A DNA stretch of 60,078 nucleotides, filler included. It is 3 parts of 3 records of this genome, joined end to end, with 100 filler letters (N's around TTAATTAATTAA, not from the genome) between each part and the next. Parts side by side here need not be neighbours in the genome. Positions count along the whole stretch, not along the records: positions 1 to 24,321 come from DRR378314_1727; 2 more parts are not named here. One strand, 5' to 3'. Made by a program: the position numbers and the translations under genes. The notes under the pieces were generated by a model. It worked only from the letters and a program-made list of their open reading frames with translations. It made no database searches and was not told the origin of the DNA. Of the stretch, positions 1 to 9,497 are shown piece after piece (position 1 is the first letter of the stretch; each line of letters starts with the position of its first letter).

Positions 1-1230
1 GGTGGTCATCTTCGGCTCGCAGTACATGCCGGGGCGTACGCCGTCCAGGCCACACGCTTTACCGACCATTTTTTGAGCAAGGGTAAAGCCCTTGCCAGTA
101 TCAACCGGCTGGTCTGGCAGGCGGAAAACATCAGAAGGCTCAAGGCCTAGCGATTCACGCGCTTTACCGGTTAAACCGCGACCGATAATCAGCGGAATGC
201 GTCCACCTGCGCGCACTTCGTCAAGAATCAGTTGGGTTTTAAGTTCGAAGGTTGTCAGTACTTCGTCGGTACCGTGCTTGCACACTTTACCTTCGTATGG
301 ATAGACATCAATGATGTCGCCCATTGCCAGTTTGGCAACATCCATTTCAACCGGCAGTGCACCAGAATCTTCCATAGTATTGAAGAAGATTGGGGCGATC
401 TTGGCACCAAAACAGAAGCCGCCAGCGCGCTTGTTGGGCACGTAAGGAATGTCGTCGCCGAAGAACCAGAGTACAGAGTTAGTGGCGGACTTGCGTGAAG
501 AGCCAGTACCAACGACGTCGCCCACATAGGCAACGGGGAAGCCTTTCGCTTTAACTTCTTCAATTTGTTTCAGCGGGCCAGTCGTGCCTTGCACTTCGGG
601 TTCAATACCTTCGCGCTCGTTTTTGAGCATGGCATTGGCATGCAGCGGGATGTCTGGGCGCGACCATGCGTCAGGCGCAGGAGAGAGGTCGTCAGTATTG
701 GTTTCGCCAGGAACCTTAAAGACGGTTAAGGTGATTTTCTCTTCCAGTGCAGGCTTGGAGAGGAACCACTCTGCAGCAGCCCAAGACTGAATAACGTCTT
801 TAGCAACCGCATTGCCATTTTTTGCGCGCTCTTCAACGTCATGGAACGCATCAAACATGAGAAGGGTATGCTTGAGCTGTTCGCCAGCTTCACGAGCAAG
901 CTCTTCATTGTCTAATAGTTCGACCATGGAGACGATGTTATAACCGCCTTGCATGGTGCCGAGAAGTTTGACGGCATGGATCTTATCGATCAGCGGAGAG
1001 GTGGCTTCACCTTTAGCAATCGCGGTTAAGAAACCTGCTTTTACATAAGCAGCTTCATCAACGCCTGGGGGGACTCGGTTGGTGATTAGGTCAAGAATAA
1101 ACTCTTCTTCACCGGCCGGCGGATTTTTAAGTAGCTCAAGTAAGGCAGCGACTTGTTCGGCGTTCAGGGGCTTGGGCGGTACGCCCTCTGCAGCGCGTTC
1201 CTCGACATGTTGGCGGTAAGCTTCAAGCAC
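1..1230 (-). CDS. acnB: Aconitate hydratase 2 / 2-methylisocitrate dehydratase (5' part; runs off window start; absent from the ORF track)
   Basis: Manual translation from GTG at 1230 gives MLEAYRQHVEERAAEGVPPKPLNAEQ...VPPGVDEAAYVKAGFL...GETNTDDLSPAPDAWSRPDIPLHA...GDVVGTGSSRKSATNS, which are AcnB signatures; GAGAGG RBS upstream. Confidence 0.97.
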   Translation of the reverse strand, partial: MLEAYRQHVEERAAEGVPPKPLNAEQVAALLELLKNPPAGEEEFILDLITNRVPPGVDEAAYVKAGFLTAIAKGEATSPLIDKIHAVKLLGTMQGGYNIVSMVELLDNEELAREAGEQLKHTLLMFDAFHDVEERAKNGNAVAKDVIQSWAAAEWFLSKPALEEKITLTVFKVPGETNTDDLSPAPDAWSRPDIPLHANAMLKNEREGIEPEVQGTTGPLKQIEEVKAKGFPVAYVGDVVGTGSSRKSATNSVLWFFGDDIPYVPNKRAGGFCFGAKIAPIFFNTMEDSGALPVEMDVAKLAMGDIIDVYPYEGKVCKHGTDEVLTTFELKTQLILDEVRAGGRIPLIIGRGLTGKARESLGLEPSDVFRLPDQPVDTGKGFTLAQKMVGKACGLDGVRPGMYCEPKMTT

Positions 1231-1342
1231 GTTGGGGCCCTCTCATCTTCTTAATGGTGACGAGCGCATACCCACACGGTATTGAGTATGTGCCCGGACA
1301 CGTGACATACGCTTGACAAACAGCGTCTGGTGGATGAGGTGG

Positions 1343-1371
1343 ATTCTACGGGAAACTGTCGACAATGTTAA
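1343..1371 (-). promoter_or_regulatory. Sigma70 promoter of acnB with a PrpR-type palindrome in its spacer
   Basis: Minus strand TTAACA-17 bp-TAGAAT; ACTGTCGACAAT (1355-1366) lies in the spacer and matches the palindrome ATTGTCGACAAT at 11/12. Confidence 0.65.
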
Positions 1372-1751
1372 GGCGGCAAGCTCCTGAGGGCCTTGTACTT
1401 TATGTTGAGGAGATGGTGTAGGGTTTCTTAATAGCGCGTTTTTTTCTTAATTAATCCAGCAGGTGGAAGTTTTTTACCGAACAGGCGTAATTGAGGGTGA
1501 GGGCGCGTGTGATTATTGTGATGCCGCGTTACCATACTGTTTGATTATTTCGTCGTATTATTATCACTACGACAGCTGAATCGCGGGTATTGTGGTGTGG
1601 AGCTTCAATATAAGCGTAATTTTATATTAGATATGTGCTATATAAAAAGTGCTGTTACGGCTCTTTCAACAGCGAGCGTAATGGCAGGGAACAAACGCCC
1701 AGGGCGTTTATATGTTGTACAATAGTGAGATAAGCGCTTGGTAATGGTGTT

Positions 1752-2408
1752 ATGTCGATACAATTAAATATGTTGCAACCTGTAGGTCATGCGCTTCAAG
1801 CGGATGATTTACTGCCAGAATGTCTCCATCAGTTTCTTGCGTGCTCAACGCCTGATGCATGGCTGCAATGGGCGTTGGATAACCCAGAGATACTTCTTAT
1901 TGACCATGCTCAGTGTGAGAAAAAAGCCGCTTCAACGGCAATGAGCTTGCTCTATCGTTACGTTGACCAGCCGTTGCTATTAAGCAAGATGTCGCAACTG
2001 GCTCGAGAAGAACTACTGCATTTCGAGCAGGTAGTTGGCTTAATGGAGAAGCGAGGCGTGGCGTACCGTCACCTTACTGCGTCACGCTATGCCGAAGGCT
2101 TGCGCAAGCATGTGCGTAGCAATGATCCTGAGCGTTTAATTGATGTGTTAATTATTGGTGCGCTCATTGAAGCACGTAGCTGCGAGCGCTTTGCGCGCTT
2201 AATTCCTTATTTAGATGAAGAGCTTGCCAAGTTCTATCGCACGTTAGTGAAGTCAGAAGGCCGTCACTTTGAAGACTATTTGCTGCTTGCAAGACAGCAA
2301 ACATCGGCATCAATAGATGACAGAATCGCCTTTTTTGTGGCGCGTGAAGCGGAGTTGATTACTTCGCCAGATACGGCTTTTCGTTTTCATAGCGGTGTGC
2401 CTGCTTAA
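1752..2408 (+). CDS. miaE: tRNA-(ms2io6A37) hydroxylase (ferritin-like diiron)
   Basis: LIDHAQCEKKAA, AREELLHFEQV, GALIEARSCERF and SEGRHF diiron motifs. Confidence 0.95.
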   Translation: MSIQLNMLQPVGHALQADDLLPECLHQFLACSTPDAWLQWALDNPEILLIDHAQCEKKAASTAMSLLYRYVDQPLLLSKMSQLAREELLHFEQVVGLMEKRGVAYRHLTASRYAEGLRKHVRSNDPERLIDVLIIGALIEARSCERFARLIPYLDEELAKFYRTLVKSEGRHFEDYLLLARQQTSASIDDRIAFFVAREAELITSPDTAFRFHSGVPA

Positions 2409-2438
2409 GCCACCGCTAGTCTAGGTAGGATATGTATC

Positions 2439-5400
2439 ATGCGCGATGCTCGTGAGACAGACCAACTGACCCTGTTTGGCCATTTCTCTTTAGCACAAGG
2501 AGAAGATGTGCTGACGCACTTCAGTTATGACAAGGTAAAAGCGCTGCTCGTTTATTTGTTGCTGCACCGACAGCCGGTCAACCGAGCTTCCCTCGCAGAG
2601 TTGCTTTGGCCAGACCAGGGGCTGTCATCGGGCAGAACTAACCTACGTCATGCGCTTCACTGTCTGCGTCAGTCGATGGGGGACAATGCCGAGCAAGTGT
2701 TGAACGTATCTCGCCAGACCATCGCTTTTCAGTTGCCTGCCCACTGGCGGGTTGACTTGCACGAATTACAGCAATTGTTGGAAGGCCCTCGAGATTTGGC
2801 GAACCTCGAAGAGGTGATGTCGTGTTATCAGGGGGATTTGATAGAAGAACTCCAGCTTGCCAACTGCAGCGAATTTCAACGCTGGTTAGTTCAGGTGCGC
2901 AATGAGTGGCGTCAGCGTGTTATTCGTTTCGCTGAACAGGTGCTAGATGCTCACGCAGATGTCCCTGACAATTTATTGGAAGGTTTAGTCAGTCGCTTTT
3001 CTGGCTACGGTCCATTTCATGAACGTCTGGTACGTCAGTTGGCCGAGAAAAATCAGATGGCGGCTGCCCATGAACAGTACAACAGCTATTTACAGTTGTT
3101 AGCGCTTTCTGGACAGCAGCCCGAACCGAGCTTTCTACAGTTAGCTAATTATTGGTCAGATGGTCACCATGACCCGCGTGTATTGAGCCCGCAAGGCGCT
3201 TTTTCGCGCGTGTTGGCAGCGGATAGTAAGCCTCTTCGCGAAGATGAAATTGAGCTGCGCCAGTTATCTGTGATGGCTATCCGGCTTAAGTTACAAGGTG
3301 ATTGGCAAGATCGCGCGGCTACCCGAAACTGCTTGGCGCTTCAATTAGAGCTACTGCGCTGGTTAGAACAGCAGTGTCATCACTTGGGTGGCTTCTGGTT
3401 GCCGGGCGCAACAGGTGGGCTTGGCTTGGCCTGCTTTGGTACCCATGGACCGGCTCATCAGTTGGCAGAGCTGGTTGCGCTTTATGAGCACTGCCGTCTG
3501 GCGTTGCCTTTAGAGTCCCAGCGCCACTGGGTCGGTGATGGTGATCCTCCAAAATTTGAGCTCGCCGCAGGTCTTAATAGCGGAAGAGTGGTTTATCTAC
3601 CTGAACGTCAGCTAGCTGACCCGCTTGGCCAAGTAACCCAAGTATCGCTGGAGTTAATGAGTGCCGCAGAAGGCAGTGAGTTGGTAATTTCTCAAGAAGC
3701 CAGCCAGCACATGCCGCCTGCACTTGATTTGCAACCGCGGTTGGTATCTCGCTTAGTGGCTAGCGATGGCCGCGTCCGCTTGAGAGCGTTAGTCCTGGGA
3801 GTAAATGAGGGCGGTAGGGATGCGCTACCTCCCAGTTTAGTGGGTCGAGAAACATCACTACGCACGCTAAGAGACGCGCTGGCGAGGGCTGGCATTGGTT
3901 TGCGCCAGAGCGTGCTAGTACGTGGTGCATCCGGGATGGGTAAGTCTGCGCTAATGGTGGGGTTTCGCCAGTTAGAACTGAGTCGTGATGCTGCCATTTG
4001 TTGGCAGCCAACGACGCGGCTATCGGTGCTAGAGCCCTACGGTGTCGCACGTACTCTGCTCGCTTGGTATGTTGAAGCAACGCCAACTTGTGAAGCTGTT
4101 CGTCAATTGCAAGAAACGCTCTCCTTAGAGCCTCTGGAGGATGAACGTCAGCAACTGCTTGAAGAAGCGCTCGGTGTGCGTGATGTTCAAGAAGTGGCCC
4201 AGTTAACTCAGAATGGTGAGGCTATTGAGCTAGTTGTAAAGCTGTTACACCGCTTAATCGATCATCTGGCCAGTTCACGGACATTGGTACTAATGATTGA
4301 TGATCTGCAATGGCTTGATGAACCTTCATTCAAGGTGTTGGCAGGGCTACAAGCTCGGTTGCCGATCAATACAGCCTTCATGCTGGTCGCCAGTCACCAT
4401 GGCCGAGAGCCACTGCCGGTCAAATTGCACTGGGATCAGCAAATTACCCTTGGAAGGCTGGATGCGCAGCAGTCGTCTCGCTTGCTTTCTCAGTTATCCC
4501 GCCGGTATCGCATTCATTTAAGCCCACGGCTACGCAATCAAATCATTGAGCGTTGCGACGGGGTGCCGCTGTATATGCAAGAGATTTGTCGGCGTTTAGA
4601 TATGGATCGCCGTGAAGGTCGTAGTGTGCAGTTTGATGAGCTGCCCAAAGGTTTATTAGGACTGCTAGCTAGCCGAATTGACCAGTTGGAAGGTGACCGG
4701 GAAATTGCCCACGTAGCGGCGGTATTAGGCAAGCGTTTCCGTCTTGATTTTCTGCAAGAGTGCAGTGGTTGGGAAAAGCCGCGGCTGTGCCAAGCAATTG
4801 AGCACATGCGTCAACTGGAAATTATCGAGCCAGTGGATAAAGACGGGGGCGAGCCGGAGCATCAGTTTAGCCACCAACTGCTGCAAGAAGCCGCTTATCT
4901 TTCGTGCCCCAGGGATGTGCGGGTTAAGCTTCATCAGCAGGTAGTCACGCTGATTGAAGAGCGCTTCCCTGTATGGATCAGCCGCCACCCAGGTGATTTT
5001 GCAACCCACCTACGCCGCAGCGGCCACTACGCCAGGGGCGCTCGTTACTTTGAACTGGCCGCACGGGAAGCCCTCAAGGTGAGTGCTAACCGTACGGCAC
5101 TGCGCATGGCAGACTTCGGACTTGCTAGCTTGCGTCATGTCGATCATGAAGTTGAGCGCGAAGTGAGCCTGCTGACCGTGCGTGGCCAAGCGGCCTTCGC
5201 CTTAGAGGGGCATGGTTCGCCCACTGCGCATGAGAGCTTCGTGCGTGCGAGGGAGTTGCTTCGCCAGTCGGGTGGCGCCGCCACGGAAGATCCCGAAGAC
5301 CTTGAGCAAATATTTTTGGTTAAGTGGGGCTTATGGGTTGGCCGAAGTCAGCGCTATGCCCACGCCGATGCATTTGCACTCGCCTCGACGCTGGCAGACA

Positions 5401-6344
5401 TTGCTGGGCGTTTAGAGGATCCGCGCTACCAAAGGCTGGCAGATTATGCGCGGGCGCATTGCGAATACTGGGCTGGACGCATTCAGCAAGCGCATGACCA
5501 CCTGGACGAAATTGACCCGCTCAATGCGCAAATGATGATTGAATGGCTGCCATTCTCTGATCACCCGCAAGTAACCGCGGCTTCTTTCCAAGGCTGGGCG
5601 CTCTGCTTGCGTGGTGACTACCAGCGCGCAGAGCGGCATATCTCTTCCGCGATCCGATTAGCTGAAAAAATTGGCCATCCAGGTACGCTTGCCATGGCGT
5701 TGATGTTTTCCGCCGCGCTTTATCGGCAGCTTGGCCATGTACATCTAGCAGCACGACACGCTGAGCGTGCTGCTGCAATGACGGGTACGCCCGATTTGCA
5801 ACTGTGGCAGATTTCTGCCCAGGGGATTCTTGGCTGGCAGCGAGCGCTGGCGGGCGATCAAGGGGGCTTAGTGCAGGTGCGGGACAGCCTGGACCAGATG
5901 GCAGAGCTGAATGGGCGTGATCGCTATCAGCGTCCGGTCCTATGGTACTCAGATGCATGTATTGAGCTTGGCGAGTTAAAAGCGGCTGAAGATTATCTGG
6001 ATCAGTGTCTGGTCATTGCCAAAGAGCGCACAACGCTCTTTTTACCTGAGTTGGCAACGCAGTTAGCTAAAGTGCGTGATTTGCTCGGGCACCCTGCTAA
6101 TGAAGTGAAAGCGCTGGCTGAAATGGCCATTAATCAGGCCCGTGAGCATGGCAATCGCCATCAGGAGCTTGCGGCGCTCGAGCTTTGGCTGACGCGTATT
6201 GCACCAAACGACTTGCAGGCCAAAGAAGCATTTAGGCGCTTATTGAGTGAAGTGAGCCATAGTGATGCGCCAGTGCTTGTTCGCTGGGTTAGTCTGCTTG
6301 ATAGACGGTTGCCCCACGCGGTAAGTGTTGAAAACGAAACCTGA
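2439..6344 (+). CDS. Large signal-transduction regulator: wHTH + BTAD (SARP-like) + degenerate class III cyclase-like domain + STAND/AAA ATPase + TPR-like C-terminus
   Basis: KVKALLVYL..RASLAELLWPD..RTNLRHAL (SARP N-terminus); ELRQLSVMAIRL and AGLNSGRV (cyclase-like); Walker A GASGMGKS; Walker B LMIDDLQWLD; GVPLY; FSHQLLQEAAY; helical repeats. Confidence 0.85.
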   Translation: MRDARETDQLTLFGHFSLAQGEDVLTHFSYDKVKALLVYLLLHRQPVNRASLAELLWPDQGLSSGRTNLRHALHCLRQSMGDNAEQVLNVSRQTIAFQLPAHWRVDLHELQQLLEGPRDLANLEEVMSCYQGDLIEELQLANCSEFQRWLVQVRNEWRQRVIRFAEQVLDAHADVPDNLLEGLVSRFSGYGPFHERLVRQLAEKNQMAAAHEQYNSYLQLLALSGQQPEPSFLQLANYWSDGHHDPRVLSPQGAFSRVLAADSKPLREDEIELRQLSVMAIRLKLQGDWQDRAATRNCLALQLELLRWLEQQCHHLGGFWLPGATGGLGLACFGTHGPAHQLAELVALYEHCRLALPLESQRHWVGDGDPPKFELAAGLNSGRVVYLPERQLADPLGQVTQVSLELMSAAEGSELVISQEASQHMPPALDLQPRLVSRLVASDGRVRLRALVLGVNEGGRDALPPSLVGRETSLRTLRDALARAGIGLRQSVLVRGASGMGKSALMVGFRQLELSRDAAICWQPTTRLSVLEPYGVARTLLAWYVEATPTCEAVRQLQETLSLEPLEDERQQLLEEALGVRDVQEVAQLTQNGEAIELVVKLLHRLIDHLASSRTLVLMIDDLQWLDEPSFKVLAGLQARLPINTAFMLVASHHGREPLPVKLHWDQQITLGRLDAQQSSRLLSQLSRRYRIHLSPRLRNQIIERCDGVPLYMQEICRRLDMDRREGRSVQFDELPKGLLGLLASRIDQLEGDREIAHVAAVLGKRFRLDFLQECSGWEKPRLCQAIEHMRQLEIIEPVDKDGGEPEHQFSHQLLQEAAYLSCPRDVRVKLHQQVVTLIEERFPVWISRHPGDFATHLRRSGHYARGARYFELAAREALKVSANRTALRMADFGLASLRHVDHEVEREVSLLTVRGQAAFALEGHGSPTAHESFVRARELLRQSGGAATEDPEDLEQIFLVKWGLWVGRSQRYAHADAFALASTLADIAGRLEDPRYQRLADYARAHCEYWAGRIQQAHDHLDEIDPLNAQMMIEWLPFSDHPQVTAASFQGWALCLRGDYQRAERHISSAIRLAEKIGHPGTLAMALMFSAALYRQLGHVHLAARHAERAAAMTGTPDLQLWQISAQGILGWQRALAGDQGGLVQVRDSLDQMAELNGRDRYQRPVLWYSDACIELGELKAAEDYLDQCLVIAKERTTLFLPELATQLAKVRDLLGHPANEVKALAEMAINQAREHGNRHQELAALELWLTRIAPNDLQAKEAFRRLLSEVSHSDAPVLVRWVSLLDRRLPHAVSVENET

Positions 6345-6352
6345 ACGGGTGA

Positions 6353-6634
6353 CTAACGGGTTGATGTTTCCAGCCAGTTAAGTGTGGCGAGCGCCTCTTC
6401 CCGGTGTTCGCCACACACATCAGCATCATAGTCGAACCGCGCACACACGGCAGGACGGCTAGGATCGCCAAATAACCTACATAGATTGTCATCACTTAAC
6501 TGTACGCACCGAACGCCCGCCGGTTTGCCATTTGGCATGCCGGGTATATAAGAGGTAATCGACGGTGCAATACAGCAAGCACCGCAGCCTGCTCGGCAGG
6601 CGGCGGTGTCTGTTGCGAAAACGTGACTACTCAT
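6353..6634 (-). CDS. YkgJ-family (YeiW-like) cysteine-cluster protein
   Basis: CRAGCGACC...GKPAGVRCVQL...CRLFGDPSRPAVC; overlaps the end of the queD-like gene. Confidence 0.9.
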   Translation of the reverse strand: MSSHVFATDTAACRAGCGACCIAPSITSYIPGMPNGKPAGVRCVQLSDDNLCRLFGDPSRPAVCARFDYDADVCGEHREEALATLNWLETSTR

Positions 6635-7470
6635 GGCGAGGCTTCTGCCGTCGCGCCTTTATCAATCCCCTCAAAGGCTTGAACCAGTGTTTTATGGCCG
6701 CTGTGCTCTGCAATACTCTTGGCAAGCCATAACGCAATATTCTCGACGGTTGTCGGCTTGGGCAGTACACAGCAGCGTTCTTGAGGCAGGGTGATCGAAA
6801 ATGTGCCTTGTGCCGACTGATAACGGCAAGTCAGCTTTTCATCAATCTGGCTTTCAATATCGGCCTGTTCAAGCAGATATCGATTATCCAGCCATGCTGC
6901 CCAGCGCTGCTCAAGCGCTGGTTGACGTGCCTGCTGTTGCCAGATAAACAGGCGCGAGCGGTGGCCATGGGCAATCCGCTGACAGTTGCCGAGATGCCGT
7001 TTCAGTCCGTGAGTGTAGCCATAGGCAGCGCCGTCTATAGGCTCGTCACTCAGCGTTAGCGTGACACTGTGGACATTAGCTGGCCGTTGCTCTTGCTTCG
7101 TCAGCTGTGAGCTTAAGTAGTGGGTGACACGCTCAACAGTGATGGTATCCCAAGGGAGCAAGGTAAATGCTTGGGCTGGCCCGCGAACTTCCATTTCGTA
7201 AGGAGTCACGGTTCTAATGCAGATACCTTCAGCGCAGTCAGTAACCTTAATGCCGGGCGCGTTGATAGGTACGAGCAGCGTATGGTCCAGGCCACTATCG
7301 AGTGTGCGTTTGATCCAAGGCTTAACTTCCCCGAAGTCAAAAAGCATACCATCTTCGCCTAGCTCCCCATCCAGTTGAGCATCTACTTGCCAGCTACAGC
7401 CTACCAACCCTTTTGTAGGGCACCACAGTGAAACATCAATATGGCTGAGACGATTTACAAATAACGCCAT
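6631..7470 (-). CDS. queD: 6-carboxy-5,6,7,8-tetrahydropterin synthase-like protein (long two-domain QueD/PTPS form)
   Basis: GMLFDFGEVK..LDH in the N-terminal half; HGLKRHLGNCQRIAHGHRS and PTTVENIA in the C-terminal half; operonic with queC and queE. Confidence 0.85.
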   Translation of the reverse strand: MALFVNRLSHIDVSLWCPTKGLVGCSWQVDAQLDGELGEDGMLFDFGEVKPWIKRTLDSGLDHTLLVPINAPGIKVTDCAEGICIRTVTPYEMEVRGPAQAFTLLPWDTITVERVTHYLSSQLTKQEQRPANVHSVTLTLSDEPIDGAAYGYTHGLKRHLGNCQRIAHGHRSRLFIWQQQARQPALEQRWAAWLDNRYLLEQADIESQIDEKLTCRYQSAQGTFSITLPQERCCVLPKPTTVENIALWLAKSIAEHSGHKTLVQAFEGIDKGATAEASP

Positions 7471-8114
7471 TACTCAAATCCTGCAATCTTGTGCGTTTGA
7501 AGCGATAGCCGCCACTGGGGGTTAGCCATGCAATACTCGGTGGTTGCCTGAACCGTCGCGTGATTTCTCTGCGCTATGCCGTGGTCCATCGGCTGCAAAA
7601 AAAAGTGGTTGAAGTCCAAATTGGCGAATTGAGTGGGTGGCGCTGCAGATTGTGGGAAAACCAGCTTTAACTCATCGCCACGGGTGACCACCAATGAGTT
7701 TGTGCCCTTCGGGCTAACACATAGCCAGTCAATTCCTGGCGGTGGCATGACCGTTCCATTCGTTTCAACGGCCACTTCAAACCCATCGCTGTGTAGTAGT
7801 GCGATCAGCGGGGTATCAAGCTGGAGTAATGGCTCGCCGCCAGTGAATACTACGTAGGGCGTTGCTCTCCCCGCATGAACTGGCCAAAGGGCTTTAATGT
7901 GATCAGCGAGTTCACGTGGAGTGTTAAAGCGCCCACCGTTAATGCCATCCGTACCGATAAAATCGGTGTCGCAAAAGGAGCATTTTGCGCTGGCGCGATC
8001 GATTTCACGCCCAGACCACAAATTGCAGCCGCTAAAGCGGCAAAATACGCTGGCACGGCCTGCCTGTGCACCTTCGCCCTGCAAGGTATAAAAGGCTTCT
8101 TTGACGTGATACAT
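7470..8114 (-). CDS. queE: 7-carboxy-7-deazaguanine synthase (radical SAM, Cx14CxxC type)
   Basis: FYTLQGEG, FCRFSGCNLW..CSFCDTDF, TGGEPLLQ, ETNGT, SLQTHK. Confidence 0.96.
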   Translation of the reverse strand: MYHVKEAFYTLQGEGAQAGRASVFCRFSGCNLWSGREIDRASAKCSFCDTDFIGTDGINGGRFNTPRELADHIKALWPVHAGRATPYVVFTGGEPLLQLDTPLIALLHSDGFEVAVETNGTVMPPPGIDWLCVSPKGTNSLVVTRGDELKLVFPQSAAPPTQFANLDFNHFFLQPMDHGIAQRNHATVQATTEYCMANPQWRLSLQTHKIAGFE

Positions 8115-8824
8115 CAGCCGGTAACCTGTGCAGGGGTAGATTCATACGCCAGTGGGTCTGAAGTATTGTTGGCTGCGAACGCCGCCAGCCGTTCACGGCA
8201 GCTGCCGCACTTGCCGCAAGCCAGTGGGCGCCCTTCATAGCAGGTCCAGGTATCACGGTAGTTCAGGCCCATTGCTAAGCCATCGCGCAAGATATCGGCT
8301 TTGCTCGATGCTAGATAAGGTGCATGCAGCGTTATCGGTTCAAAATTAGCGATGCCAGCGACCTGGTTCATTGCGTGAACAAATTCAGGGCGGCAGTCAG
8401 GGTAGAGAATATGATCACCGCCGTGGGCGCCGTAATCGACACGCCCCGCACCGATATTAACTGCCTTAGCAATGGCTAACGAAAGCAGAATCATATTGCG
8501 GTTAGGGACAACGGTGGTAGGGAGGTTGTCAGCAGCGTAATCACCCTCAGGCATTGATATATCTGGGTTGGTCAGCGCTGAGTTATCAATTAAACCGTGA
8601 ATAGCACGTATATCAACGACTTGATGGGGAATGTTGTGCTGCTTACAAACTGCTTTGGCTATGTCCAGTTCTTTGGCGTGGCGTTGGCCATAATCAAAGG
8701 AGAGCGCATGAACCTCGAGCCCTTCTTTAATTGCGCGGTGAAGAACGGTATAGGAGTCCATGCCGCCGGAATAAATCACAACGGTAGATGACGCGTCTGC
8801 GCCAGAGGTAGGGGGTAACGACAT
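8114..8824 (-). CDS. queC: 7-cyano-7-deazaguanine synthase
   Basis: [37 protein letters not shown]. Confidence 0.97.
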   Translation of the reverse strand: MSLPPTSGADASSTVVIYSGGMDSYTVLHRAIKEGLEVHALSFDYGQRHAKELDIAKAVCKQHNIPHQVVDIRAIHGLIDNSALTNPDISMPEGDYAADNLPTTVVPNRNMILLSLAIAKAVNIGAGRVDYGAHGGDHILYPDCRPEFVHAMNQVAGIANFEPITLHAPYLASSKADILRDGLAMGLNYRDTWTCYEGRPLACGKCGSCRERLAAFAANNTSDPLAYESTPAQVTG

Positions 8825-8903
8825 AATAATTACTCATTGGCCGGAGAATTTATTGAGTGCTTTAGCGTCGCGCTAAATGAGATTCCGGGGTCCGGTCCGG
8901 AAG
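8825..8903 (-). promoter_or_regulatory. Structured 5' leader of queC (candidate cis-regulatory RNA)
   Basis: After a TAAACT -10-like hexamer (8910-8915): stem TTCCGG/CCGGAA with loop ACCGGACC, stem TTTAGCG/CGCTAAA, an A-rich tract, then TCCGG complementary to the first loop. Confidence 0.45.
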
Positions 8904-9027
8904 GACGGCAGTTTACGCAATGCGGGCTTGCCTGGCCAGTGGTAGCGGCAATTGGTACCATTTTCTGTTCGGTATGTGCATGGGTCAACATGCTAAGCTA
9001 ATCCTTCTAGTCGTAAGGGATGAATCC

Positions 9028-9444
9028 ATGGCCACCATAGAACATAGCGAAATTATTAATGCTCAGCCTGAAAGGGTGTTTGAACTGCTGAGCCGAGTTG
9101 AAGATTTTGCTGACTATTCTGATCTCATTAGATCAATTGATACCTTAGGCGATAACCGTTATCGCTGGCATGTCCGTGCGGTGGGTATGGATTGGTCATT
9201 TGATGTGGCAGTAACCGAGATCAAGCCACCTTATGTGCTGGCATGGGAATCATTGGAAGGCGTTAAAAACCAAGGTCGTTATCAATTGCGTGAAGTGCCG
9301 GAGGGGACAGAGGTATCGCTTACGCTGAGTTATGAAATCCGTAACCGATTGATGGAAAAAGCGGTGAATCGTGCTGCAAAGCCATTAGTAGGAAAAGTGA
9401 GCAGGCAAATTCTTGAGCGCGTTGAAGCTCGCCTCAACAGTTAA
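9028..9444 (+). CDS. SRPBCC / polyketide-cyclase-like protein
   Basis: MATIEHSEIINAQPERVF...LAWESLEG..NQG START-fold pattern; AAGGGA RBS supports ATG 9028 over the track start. Confidence 0.85.
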   Translation: MATIEHSEIINAQPERVFELLSRVEDFADYSDLIRSIDTLGDNRYRWHVRAVGMDWSFDVAVTEIKPPYVLAWESLEGVKNQGRYQLREVPEGTEVSLTLSYEIRNRLMEKAVNRAAKPLVGKVSRQILERVEARLNS

Positions 9445-9497
9445 TGGCTATATTGGCGCCGTTAGTGAGCGGCGCGCAAAGAGGTGTTCAGCAGCAA

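Noticed and set aside
6631..8824. 7-deazaguanine DNA-modification (dpd) defence island
   Set aside because: No dpdA/tgt-like, dpdB-K or mobile-element genes nearby; fits ordinary queuosine precursor synthesis
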